The notes under the pieces are model-generated. The model was not told where the DNA came from and did not search any database. It worked only from the letters and a program-made list of their open reading frames with translations. Positions 44,004-56,295 of a DNA stretch of 64,000 nt are shown here, piece after piece (position 1 is the first letter of the stretch; every line of letters starts with the position of its first letter). Source of the stretch: Eledone cirrhosa (taxonomy: Eukaryota); NCBI GenBank assembly GCA_964016885.1, contig OZ024742.1, positions 312,356,001-312,420,000 on the forward strand, read 5' to 3'. Position numbers and translations under genes: made by a program.

Positions 44004-45501
44004 TTAGTTAAAGTCAGTGCCCCAGCATGGTCTCATTTTAATGACGGAAACAAGTAGAAGAACAAAAAAAAAAAGAATGACAAATGAATGTAGAGACCAA
44101 CAAAAATACAGAAAAGCAAGTCATCGAGTCATACATACAGCAATATTTCACAATACTACATAAGAAATTAGTTAAACAAGAAAAAAAAATATCAGTGAAA
44201 ATAAATAAATGAATAAATAAAAGAGTACTATCATAGAAAAAACTCGTTACAGTCAAGAAAGCATGAAAATTGGCGTTAAAACAATGATGTTATCATTTGA
44301 AGAGTTAAGTGAGCATGGCCTACCGAACGACACACACAACATGATAGTTGCTATGATGAATAACTAACTGGGTGGCAACAAAGGTACTAATTAATAGCAG
44401 TCTACGAATGTAGATGTGGGGGTGTATAAAGAAATATATATATAGTATATGAGTTTCAATACTGTGTGTATCCAGTGTTTAGAATAGGTACATCATATTC
44501 CTGCATGTCAAAAGAGGTGACTAAAAGGGTGTCAGTTTGTAAAACATTGCCACAAAAAGAACAACAGGATGTGAGAAGCTTGTTAGGGAGTTTGCAGGGA
44601 GAAATACCCTGGAAACGTTTGTTGTATAATATTCAAGAAGGCAGAAAATTGGTAGACTTATTAGAATGTCAGAGAGAATATTTTGTGGCATTCGTTCTAG
44701 CGCTTTGTGTCCTGAGTTCAACTTTGTCTTTCGTCCTTTCAATGTTGATAATAAAATGTTGTAGTCATGTACTGGGGTCAATTCTTCCTTTATACCCTTT
44801 TCTCACTTCCTTTCTCTCTCACCTTCCAACCTTCGCTGGATGAGATTGGCTGTGTTCAGACCTGACAAGGGAATGGGCTCTGCCAGGTTTAAAGTGCCCA
44901 AGATATGCCATGTCACAATGACATCCATATCACTTGATCAAGAGTTACGGGTTCATACATACATAATATGCAAGGTACAAATATCATTTAACGTTCTGAG
45001 TTCAAATCCTGCCTTTCATCCTTACAGGATCAATAAAATAAAGCACCAGTAATGCACTGGAGTAACTGCTGACCTTGTGTCAAAAACAATTATTTGAACA
45101 CAGTACTTACTGTTGTGAGAAGTCATCTATAGCATAACTAAAATGTAGTGTATCACAGGTATTTGTGTACTTGTTTTATCAGTCATACGTGGAAGTATAT
45201 AGCAGAGCTAATCCCAGTAGAATTAGAATACAGAATGGACAAGCAGGAGAACTGATACTGTATGGTATTTAGTCAGGTGCCCTACACTATTTTCAACCAA
45301 GTTCTCAAATGAACCTCCCAACTGCCTTAGCAGTTAACAACACTAAATCACAATAGACTTAGAACATTAATTTATTTTTAAAAGTTACCTGTGCTACAAC
45401 CATGTTTTCATACTAGATTCGGTGAAAGTTGATATGAAGATCTAGGCATTTTTGTATGCTGGTTACAGTTGGTGTAACAAAGACACATTAACCCTCTAAA
45501 T

Positions 45502-45767
45502 CAGTGATTCATAATGTGGGGCACACTTTGAATATTCAAGTGGGGCAATTTGAAAATGATGTTAATGAGAGCAAACTTCAGATTTTATCTTATTACTTTT
45601 ACACCAAGACAACTTTCACACATGTTATTGTGCATCTGGCATCACCCATACGCCAATTTGTTTACACTTTGTAGTTGATCATTGCTGTTTTTTTATATCA
45701 AAGGGAAGCATAAAAATTTTTGAGATGTTGAGGTGGAGCATGGGGCACAAAAGGTTGGGAACCACTG
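45502..45767. mobile_element. hAT (Charlie-like) MITE
   Basis: Ends CAGTGATTC...GAACCACTG, with a perfect 8-bp TSD CTCTAAAT (45494-45501 and 45768-45775). Confidence 0.85.
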
Positions 45768-46562
45768 CTCTAAATATAAAGTTGGTGTAGGACTTATTTG
45801 TCAGCTAAACAGACCAGTACGAGAAGACCAAGGGAGGTAGAAAAAAAAATAGGGTTAAGTAGTAAAATCAAAACCTATGACCATGTGAACAGTTTAACTT
45901 TGTATATAAATACTTAAAAATAAATAATTTTATATCCTAGAACCAGTTGCAGTTCCAGGTACTTTTGAATTAAAAAGGTTAACTAAAACAAAAATACAGA
46001 AAACTAGCCTCCTTTCTGACAAGATAACTGAATTGAGAAAAAGAAAATGTTTAGAGCAGTGAGTCCAATGCAGTTTGCTTGCAACCCCATGATGTAAACA
46101 AATCATAAGGCTATCAATCATAAGAGCTATACAACATAATGTGATATAGACCAAATAGGGTGTGACTAACTGCTGTAAAAAAGAAAACCTCTATTCAGTT
46201 TGTTAATGATAAATAAATACAAATGGCAGAAACAGATATTGTAAAAATTTCAATTCAAATTTTAGGTGTAAATGAAGAGTAGCTAAATAAGTTAAGAAAC
46301 AAAAATTTAAATACTCAAATAGAAAATTAAAAAACAAAGAGCTTTATGTAAATATAATGGGAACAAAAAAATTCAAAACAGGTGCTGTAAACACCAGTAT
46401 ACAATCCATTACCACCAAGCAATCATAAAATGTTATAGCTGTGTTGACAGAAGAGAAGTTTAAATATGGAGGTGTTATCAGTCTTTTTAAAGACATGGAA
46501 TTTCTAACAAGGCAAACAACTGCACTTTACATAGTGTTATAGCCAACAGCCAGAGAACTCAC

Positions 46563-46620
46563 CTGGATAGATTTATTAAACTCTCTCATTGAATAAACAG
46601 TTGAATGCGAAATGACTTCA
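46563..46620 (-). CDS. Candidate isolated coding exon (58 nt; EVISHSTVYSMREFNKSIQ), product unknown
   Basis: Consensus acceptor TTGTTTTCTTACAG and donor CAG|GTGAGT enclosing an open frame. No homology recognised. Confidence 0.3.
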
Positions 46621-47149
46621 CTGTAAGAAAACAATTTAAATGGTGAAATGTGGATGTAACTGTTAATGATATCTGAGTCACCAGTAATGAAATTGTTAGA
46701 ATATATAAAACTAGAAACTGGGAAAAACCCATGTTTTATACACTTAATACAATGAAAAGAAAACCCCTAACCATTGCAGACAAGCTGAAAACTAGCAAAG
46801 AAAAAATAAATAAAAGTTTAAAAAAAAAAACTATAAAATAAATTGATAGGCGATTATATTTATTCATTGTGGTAATAAAACAAATGAGACTTGCACATGG
46901 GTGTGTTGCTAAGGTGCTACTGCGCTTTCATGACCATATTTCTAATGAAATACATTGTATTTCATATAATGAATGGAAAAGTTTGAAAGATTTGCTAAAA
47001 TGCTTATTTTCATTATTAAAATGGCATTGAAAGATTTTAATTTAAATTGTGAAGGAACCCTTTAAAATGGATAGCTTTGTTTCATAGAACCAGAGGTAGT
47101 TGATATCAAAACAGTGGACAAGCAAAATAAATAATAAATGGAAATTAAA

Positions 47150-47485
47150 AATCACCAATTCAGTATTCAAAACAACCCTTACCTATGATCATGAATCTTG
47201 GATAATGACCAAAAGAATATGGTCATGAATAAAAGTGGCCAAAATGGGATACCTCCGAAGGGTCTTTGAGCCACATACTTTATCAAGTAATGTTACTCCA
47301 GAGATCAGAGTCACTCCAGGTAGAGCCACTACCGAATTGAGAGATCACAGCTCTGATACTATGGACATGTTGTTAGAATGTCCCAGAAGAGAATCACTGG
47401 ACAAATTTTACATGCAAAACCAACGGGCAGGAGACCCAGGTGCAGACCCCGAGCAAGTTGGTTGGATAACACCCATGAGCTTGAC
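47150..47485 (+). pseudogene. Old RTE (Expander-like) C-terminal fragment
   Basis: TLTYDHESWIMTKRI..KMGYLRRV and YYGHVVRM...KPTGRRPRCRPRASW, with stops and frameshifts. Confidence 0.8.
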
Positions 47486-49476
47486 TGCATATTTTGAAAT
47501 AAAATGAAAATTATACACACACACACACACACGCATACGTGCGAGCGAGACATGGTCTCCCGACCATTCCCGCATCAAATGGAACAAAACCGTCTAACCC
47601 ATGCTAGCGTGGAAGATGGACGTTAAACGATGATGATGATATATACATTCATATACATATATATATACACACACACACGCGTTTGTGTGTATACACATTA
47701 TACACACACACATATAGATGATAGTTATGGAAGTGAAGAGACGGAGAATAGAAGTATATTTCGGAGAATAGAAGTATATTTATATCTATTTCCATTTGAT
47801 TTTCGAATTGCAGAAGCCATATTGTTGTTGAAAAAATAATTTTTCCACAGCATGGCTTCAGGTTTTGTATAAGCCAAACTTTTGAATCATGGTTTTGGTT
47901 TGGAATTTATCAATCAGAACTATATAGAGAAACAATTGGAAGATAGGCTGTGCGTGTGCGTGCGCGTGTGTGTGTGTGGGGGGGGGGGGGGGGGGTGCAC
48001 ACGCGTGCACAATTAGTTGTAGCTCCTAAAAGTTTATATATTTACTCTCGCAGCATTTGCAAATTCATTTATTCAACTGTGGATATCTATTTTAGACTAG
48101 ATGCACCATATGAGGCAACTAAAATGTTGGTAGCAGGAACATCTGGCTATTAAACATTGCCTCAAAAAGGTCCCCGTGATGGTATGAAGCCAGCCATGGG
48201 ACTCACAAGGCTAACGCTCTGTTTTAGCAAGGAAAATGGCTATTCTGGTGAGGATAGAATATCCTAGATAGGAGATACTGAACCAATGGTTGTATCCAGT
48301 TTCATAGCATGCACAAAATGACAAACCAATCACACTTTTGATCATACACTGGTCTACCACTTTCCTAAAGAATGTCATACATACTCTTGACAACAAGGTG
48401 GGACTAAAGCCAATAAGGGAGCCTCTACATAGTCAACCAACCTGCTAAAAATAGCAGCTAACTTACACCCACAATCACACCTTACACCTTACAAAAAGGA
48501 CACACGGGTTGGTCCAGGGTTCCCTGCACAGGAAAAAGACAGAATGACTGTGATTGGAATGCTACTGGTTATTGGTCGACTTAATCGGGGCTGACCTGTA
48601 GTTAAACAACAACAACTGGGTGGATTGATAGAATAAAGAGTTCTGTCCAGAAAAACCAGCAGAAAATTTGAACAAAAGAAATCTATGGACATGAAGTCCA
48701 ATACATAACTGGATCAACCACTTCTTAACATAATAACAACAGGAACAACTATATATTGTTTCAAACAATAAATCATGCATTATATATTAAGAATTCCAAG
48801 TAGGTATATGTTGAAAATAATGGGTAAGAATATGAGATTCTTGTAATACTCCATTTGAGAAACTATAGGTTCTGGAATTGTACACTGCATAAACTTGATG
48901 ACATATATAGTTTATATGAATGGATAACAGGAAAGAGAAATAAAAACTTTACTGATTATCAATGGTAGTAATAATGATATATAACGTTTTGTTGTTGTTG
49001 TTGTTGTTGTTGAAGCCATCATGTTATTGCTGTGTTAGATTTGTGGGTATTGCTTCAGTAGCAGTCTGAATCTAGGTTGTGATTTGAAGAAGATGAGAGT
49101 TAGTTATGTCAAAGATTATTAGCCTTTCTAGAATTTTATGAAATTCACAATAGAGATGATGAAAGATTGCAATGTGTGGAGAGATGCTGTGCTGAAAAGG
49201 ACTTGTCCAACCCATGTAAGTATAGAAAAACAGAAGTAATGACAATGATGAAGGGTTTGCAGAGGAGGATTAGTTTAGCAGAGTGAAGAGTATATATGAT
49301 GTTACTTCACTTGATTTTTTTTATCAAGTTTTAAAATTCTGAAAATTTAAGTGTTAATATATAAGTACAGTATTTGTAATTTAAGTCCAAAGAGATAATG
49401 AAACTTTAAAATTGAGAATAGCGAAGATGGTGTAGGACAGAACAAAGGAGAGACACAAAATAGGAAATCAGTCACT

Positions 49477-49555
49477 GATGGTTGTGTATATATTGTCAAA
49501 GCTCTTTTGTCACAGAATGTGACAAAAGAGCTTTGACAATATATACACAACCATC
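49477..49555. other. Perfect hairpin: 38-bp arms, 3-nt loop
   Basis: 49477-49514 is the exact reverse complement of 49518-49555. Confidence 0.95.
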
Positions 49556-51199
49556 CGGTTATTGAACCAACCAACCAAATTGAAGTGAAAACAAGCAGGT
49601 GCATGTGTTTCTATTGGCAGCATGACCCTCCCAAAGTATAACAATATATATATATATCAAATATATTCTCTCCAACTGATAAAAATCTTCCCCCCAACAT
49701 TTTCTCTATGAGAAGATATATTCTTGACTAATTAAATCTAATTACATTTCAGCTCTGTTTAAGTGACATGAACTCACTATAAAATAACTATTCTCACTTT
49801 GAAGTGATATGTGCTCATTTTGAAATCATTATTTTTACTTTAAACTATGTCTTCATTTAAAATTACAAATACTGTAATTTTAAAGGGGAGTGTTGAGACT
49901 GTTTCAGGCGCTAGGTGTTGTAAAAAAGTATGCTTTTGATTTTATCTGGTCCTGGGGGCTCTTGAGTTTTCCATATTGCTATAGGAGTATCTGTCGTTGT
50001 TGATAGTGATGGAGGTGGTAGTGGTTGTGATGTTGACTGTGGTGATGGAAGTGGTGGTTGTGATGGTGACTGTGGTGGTGGTGGTGGTAGAGGTGGTGGT
50101 GGTGGTGATGGTGGTTGTAACAGTAGTGATAATAAGGATGCTTGCCGATGGTGACTGAGGTAAGAAGAAACAATTGTTTAAATGTTCAAGCATCACACTG
50201 TACAGTTTGGAGGCTGAAGAACCAAAGGTGAGATCAGAGGATGACTCCCCCCCCCATACCACCACCCCCACATCACAGACACCGCAACACACGCACCTTC
50301 ATAACAGCCTTATAAAGTAAAATTTACAACAAAAATAGGAATAACTGTAAGCTCTTTTACATTTTTCCTTTTAGCAGCATATGTTAGGCCGGGCTTCTGC
50401 TTGCTACTGGTACCATGGTTAGCGACTTACTAAACGAGCCCCCATCAGCACAAAAAAACAAGAGCTGTTAAAAGGACAAATGAACTCCTCAGAGTGAAGG
50501 GTCATTCACCCTCCTTCACATCAACTATCATTTAAATAGCCTGACCAATCAACAATTGGCCAAGCATGGTGAGTACCAGGGCCTCCAAGAGAAAGTTTTC
50601 AAGGCAATACAAGGCCCCTTTGGAGCCCTTAAGTAGGCAAATTTTTTTCTCAAAATGGATGTTGTGGAGCCTTCTTAGCTCTTGGACCCTGGAACAAAGT
50701 ACAGGCTGGACTGGTGAGTACACCCCTGAAGACATGACCAAAACCCAAAAATGGTGGAGGTCATCCAGGGACAGATTCCTCCAACAGGAGTTAGCAGGCC
50801 CTGAATTGGATTGGATTTTAGCAGCATATCTACTGTTAAGGACACCAACTTACCAAAGGAATGAATAGAATGTCTCATTTATGCACACACACCAACACAT
50901 CAACAAATATATGTATACACCTCTGCACACTAACAAAAATGCATACACATACAAATAAATCCCCCCCCCCCACACACACACACGTACATACATACGTACA
51001 CATACATGCATCCTTGCACCTTTGAATGAATAAAATGGTCTGTATAATTTGTCTGAGAAACTAAAATGAAAGTGAGAAAAGAGAAAAAGAGAAAGAGAGA
51101 TAAGGATAAAGAGAGGGTGTGATAGAAAGGGAGAGGATTGATAGAGAGTGATAGAAAGGGATTAAGGGGGAGTGATAGAAAGGGTGTGAGGGGAGTCAT

Positions 51200-51247
<48 letters not shown>

Positions 51248-51389
51248 TTAAGAAAGATATTGGCTGAAAGTTTGAAATTTAAAGTTCATTTATTTCTTCT
51301 GTCAGTAATATAACAGAACATTTGACTGGGTGAGAAGAAAACACAGGCTTGACAGTCATTCTGAAGAACAAATGGGATTGCTGAATGGT

Positions 51390-51950
51390 GCTGATGGCAG
51401 TAGTATAGTAGTGGTGATGGTTGGTATAGGAGTTGTTGTTGTTGGAAGTGGTGGTATACGGAAGTGGTGGTGATGGTAGTGGTGGTGGTTGTGTTATAGG
51501 AGGTGGAAATGGTAGGGGTAGTGGTGGTGGTATAGAGGCTGTTGTTGGGGGTGGTAGTGGTAGGGGTATAAAGGTTGTTGCAGGTGGTGGTGGTGGTACA
51601 GGAGTTGGTGGTGGTATTGTTAATATAGGGGTTGTTGCTGTTGCTGTTAGGTGGTGGTGGTGTTAGTGGTGGTGGTAGTATAGGGATGTATTGTTGGTGG
51701 TGTTGTTAGTAGTGGTGCCCAGCAGAGGGAACTGTTATTGCTAGTGGTGGTAGAGGAGGTGATGTGTTGTTAGTGGTAGTGGTGGTTAAGGTACACATGC
51801 CAGTAGTAGTAGTAGTAGTAGTAGATATATCAGTACTAGAGGTAGTGGTTCAGTGGAGAAGGAGGGGGGGACGGGCAGAGACAAGATGAGTGGTTGGTGA
51901 TGGTGGAGTTGTTTGTGTGCAGGTGCGGGTGTGGTTGGGGGGGCAGTAGT
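51390..51950. repeat. (GGT/AGT)n low-complexity region
   Basis: Read directly. Confidence 0.85.
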
Positions 51951-52164
51951 CATAGAAGGCAGAAAGATTGATAAAAGACAGCAGTGTTAGAACTTACATG
52001 AAAAAACACTCTCCATTCTGGAGGACTATAAACTATAGGACTGTAAGGTGTGAGTGACTGTATGAGTGTGTGTATGCATATATATATATACATATATATA
52101 TGCACATATGAATGCATATATATATATACATATATATATGCACACATACACACACACATACACC

Positions 52165-52455
52165 ATCCGTGTTCAATATCCACTCTTCCACATTGGCACG
52201 GGTTAGAAGAGATGTCTTGTGGGTAATGCTAGGTCAGGTGACCATGTCTTGTTCATACAGAACTGTTTTTGGCTGGTTTCTACAGCTGGATGCCCTCCTA
52301 ACTCCAACCTCATTCACAGTGAGTACTGGGTGCTTTTTGTTGTGTCGCCTATATATAATTGTTTCTACTTTTGGCACAAAGCCAGCAATTATCCCAGTGC
52401 ATTACTGGTGCTTTATTTTATCGACCCTGTAAGGATGAAAAGCAAAGTTAACCTC
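52165..52455 (-). mobile_element. RTE 3'-UTR-like tail fragment adjacent to a SINE S2 3' fragment
   Basis: TTTCTACAGCTGGATGCCCTCCTAAC block followed by the reverse-complemented S2 block. Confidence 0.7.
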
Positions 52456-53313
52456 TCTAATATATAAATATGAGAGAGAGAGATTCATCATTTTGCATCT
52501 GCTTTGCCATACTTGCATGGGTTGGACAGGTCCTTCCAGTACAGCCTCTATCAACTCTTCAGTGAATATAAAAATATTGTTTATAATCTACACCATGTAT
52601 TGAGTACTTTCTTATTCATTATAAACAATATGTGTACACACACTCACATATATTAGGGTGAACAAATTAATGCGTGTGTGTGTGGTTCTTCCATGTATGG
52701 TTTGTGTAGATGCAAGGTTTTATATAAAAGGGTGCACGTGACAGAGCATATGTAAACATGGGTGAGTTAGCATGTGTGTACATGTGTATACATGAGGAAG
52801 AGAATACATGTGAGTGTGCATGAGTGTTTGTGTGAGACACTGATAGTGTGTGGCAGGAGGGGGTAGCAGTGTGTGTGTGTGTGTTAGTATGAAAGAGAAA
52901 ATGTGTGAAAGAAAGAGATTGTGTTAGTGTGTTATTGTTAGTGTGCATGTGTGTATATGGGAGAAAGAGAATATATTAGTGTGTCTGATAGAAATAGATA
53001 GACTATGTGTGTGAGAAGGGAAGAATGTGTGTGTGCGTTAATGTACATGAATGTATGTGTGATAATGTGTGTGAGAGGGGAAGAATGTGTGTGTGTGTGT
53101 GTGTGTTAATGTACACGTGTATGTGTGTGTTAATGTACATGTGTGCGCGAGCATGCGAGAGTGTGTGTTGGTGTGTATATGTCAAAGTGCTTGTGTGTGT
53201 GTGTGTGTCTATGTATGCATGTGAGAGTGAGAAAGAGAAAGAGAAATGCTAGTGAGTATGTATACATGATATATGTGTGAGAGAGTGTGTGTGTGTGTGT
53301 GTGTGTGTGTACA

Positions 53314-53366
<53 letters not shown>

Positions 53367-54204
53367 TGTATGTGTGTGTGTGCATGTTAGGTTTTGGGAG
53401 TGTGTGTTTCAGGGATAAACCACCATAGTAACCAAGATATGGGAGATAGTTCCTATCACAAAAGATGCTATTGATCCAAGTACAGTGAGTGACCTGGTTA
53501 TAAAATAACTCTGAAAAGGACAGAATCCAAAAGGAGGGGGGAGGGGGCAGAGCTAGGAGAAAGAGAAAGATAATGAAGGGGAGAAGAAGGAGAAGAAAGA
53601 GAAGGAGAAGAAGGAAAGAAAGAAGGTGGAGAAGTTGGGTGAGGTTCTAGGATGAACAGCGTGGGGTGTGAATGCAACCGCCAATATTAAACAGCACAGC
53701 GCTTTCAGTTGTGTATTTGCTTTTGACGGTGTGTGTATCTGAGAGAGAGAGAGTGTGTGAGTGTGTGTAACAACTAACTAACCACTACATTGGCGTGATA
53801 AAATCACACAGAGCACTCACAGTGAATGCACATATACTCACGGTAGGTACATACATAAACCCAATACACACAGATACATATACACCCACACACACAGATG
53901 CATACACAATACACACAGATAGACATACAGATGCACACACACACACACACAGACATATACTCATGGTAGGTGCATACATTCACACATACATAAATACATA
54001 CACACAGACAGACAGACATGGCTACAAAATACAAAACACCAAAACTGCTGAGAGAGCCAATGCATTAGAGATCAGTTTTAATATAATATAGAAAATCATA
54101 AATCACTAAAATGTTCTCTTATTATTTTTGTAAATCTCCACTGCCCCATCTTTTATATTGTCCTACATGTCGGCCCTTGTGGCCAATAAAGAAAGACTTA
54201 TTAT

Positions 54205-54720
54205 CCCACTGAGGTTAGCTTTGCCTTTCATCCTTACGGGGAAGGGAAGATGAAATAAAGCACCAGTAATGCACTGGGGTAGATTTTATCAACTTTCCCC
54301 TCCCCCAAAATTGCTGGTTTTCTGCCAATAGTAGAAGGTGGATTGGCAGTATCGGTAGAGTATCAGACAACAGAGTTATAGCCTTTTACGTTCTGGGTTC
54401 AAATCCTGCCGAGATTAGCTTTGCCTTTCATCCTTACGGGGTCGATAAAATAAAGTACCAGTCACGCACTGGGGTCAATTTAATCGCCTTTCCCCTCCCC
54501 CAAAATTGTTGGCCTTGTGCCTAAAGTAGAAACAATTCTTATATATTGGATTGGCAGTATCAGTAGAGCACCGGACAACATGCTTTGCAGCATAGTTATG
54601 TCCCTTTACATTCTGAGTTAGCTTTGCCTTTCATCCTTACAGGGTCGATAAAATAAAGTAGATGACTTTCCCTTCCTCCAAAATTGTTGGCCTTATGCCT
54701 AAATCAGAAACTATTATTAA
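54205..54720 (+). mobile_element. Tandem cluster of three SINE S2 copies
   Basis: Repeated GGATTGGCAGTATC heads and TTTGCCTTTCATCCTTAC cores. Confidence 0.82.
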
Positions 54721-56061
54721 TCATGACTAAAAGCCAATAAGAGTTATAGGAGCAAGCTCAACACTCAGTAATTTGCAGAGTCGTTAGAACGTTGGATAGA
54801 ACGTTTTATGGTTTTCATTCCGGCTCTCTGCTCTTGGAGTTCAATCTAAACGTGCAACACTATAAGTAAGTATCTTCTACTATAGGTTTGGTTAACAAAC
54901 GCCTTCAAAGGAAAATTTGGCAAACAGAAACTGTGTACAAGCTTCTTAGTGACAGCCTCCATGGTTTTGGATGGTAAATTTAACCCTTTCATTACCATAT
55001 TTCCAATGAAAGACTGCCTATGATTTTCAAATAATTTTGAAAGCAATCAAGAAATTGGAGGGAATTAGGTTAACTTTGCCTTTCACCCTTACGGGGTCGA
55101 TAAAATAAAGTACCAGTAATGCGCTGGATAATTGCTGGCCTTGTGCCAAAAAGTAGAAACAATTATTAACCCATTAGCATTTAAACCGGGGGTCGTTAAA
55201 CAAAGAACCAGTTCAGTACTGGAGCTGATTCTCTCTCTCTCTCTAAGGTTACCTTTGCCTTTCATCCTCACGTGCTCTATAAAATAACGTACCAGTGAGA
55301 CACTGGGGTTGATTTAATTGACTTGAAAATGATTAAGACGTTTTGTGTCAGGGCGGCACCCCTATGACTGCATCAGGCGTAAGGGCCCATGCCTTCTTTT
55401 TTTTACATAATCTTGGTAATTTTGGAAAAAAAGAGAAAGGTAAACTTAATCTGATTAGTTGCAAAGACAAGAAAATTGGTTAGTTTGGTCCTCACAGATC
55501 TAATTTCACACTGAGTCTAAATACATATAGAGAAATACCACTCTGTATACTTATTTTATTTGCAACATTGCAGGTATGACTGACTCAATGAAACTATAAC
55601 AATATCCGAGATTGGGGTGGGGGTGGGGATAACTTTGTGGCCTATCACAAGAAAATTAACGTGATGGTGATGGTTATTATCATATTATTCATATTATCAT
55701 ACCTATCGAACCAACAGAAATGTCAGAATGATTGGACTAAATGTCAGAGTATTTAGTTTCATCCTTCTTGGACTCAGTGTCCAACACATACAATTATTAC
55801 TTTCCACTTTTGTGTCTACTTTGGCTTGGCAGAATTGCTAGAGCAGCAGTTATTTAGCTATTGGCTCTTTGCATTCTGAATTCAAAACTCTGCTATGGTG
55901 AACCTTATCTTTCTTCCTTCCAGGGGTGATAAAAAAATATGTCACATACTGAGGACTGATTTTTAAAAAGTAATCAAGAATCAAGTACTGGGGTTGATTT
56001 TTAAAACATCATTCAATGGCTTTGTGTCTAAATCAGAAACTATTATTATTATTATTATTAT

Positions 56062-56295
56062 GAGGGCGGTGGATTGGAAGTATCGGTAGAGGGTGGGACG
56101 ACACCTTTGCAGCATAGAGCTACGGCTCTTTATGATCTGAGTTCAAATCCCGCCGAGGTTAACTTTGCTTTTCATCCTTACGGGGGTCGATAAAATAAAG
56201 TACCAGTCACGCACTGGGGTCGATTTAATTGACTTTCCCCTCTCCCCAAATTACTGGCCTTGTGCCTATGTAAGAAACAATTATTATTATTATTA
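56062..56295 (+). mobile_element. SINE S2, full-length copy (other copies at about 55066, 55822, 56465, 57180-57455, 57921, 58733 and 59487)
   Basis: GGCGGTGGATTGG..GTATCGGTAG head, GAGTTCAAATCC B-box, core and (ATT)n tail. Confidence 0.85.

Noticed and set aside
49942-51666. Thr-, His- or Gly-rich ORFs
   Set aside because: They derive from (GGT/ACC)n low-complexity DNA.
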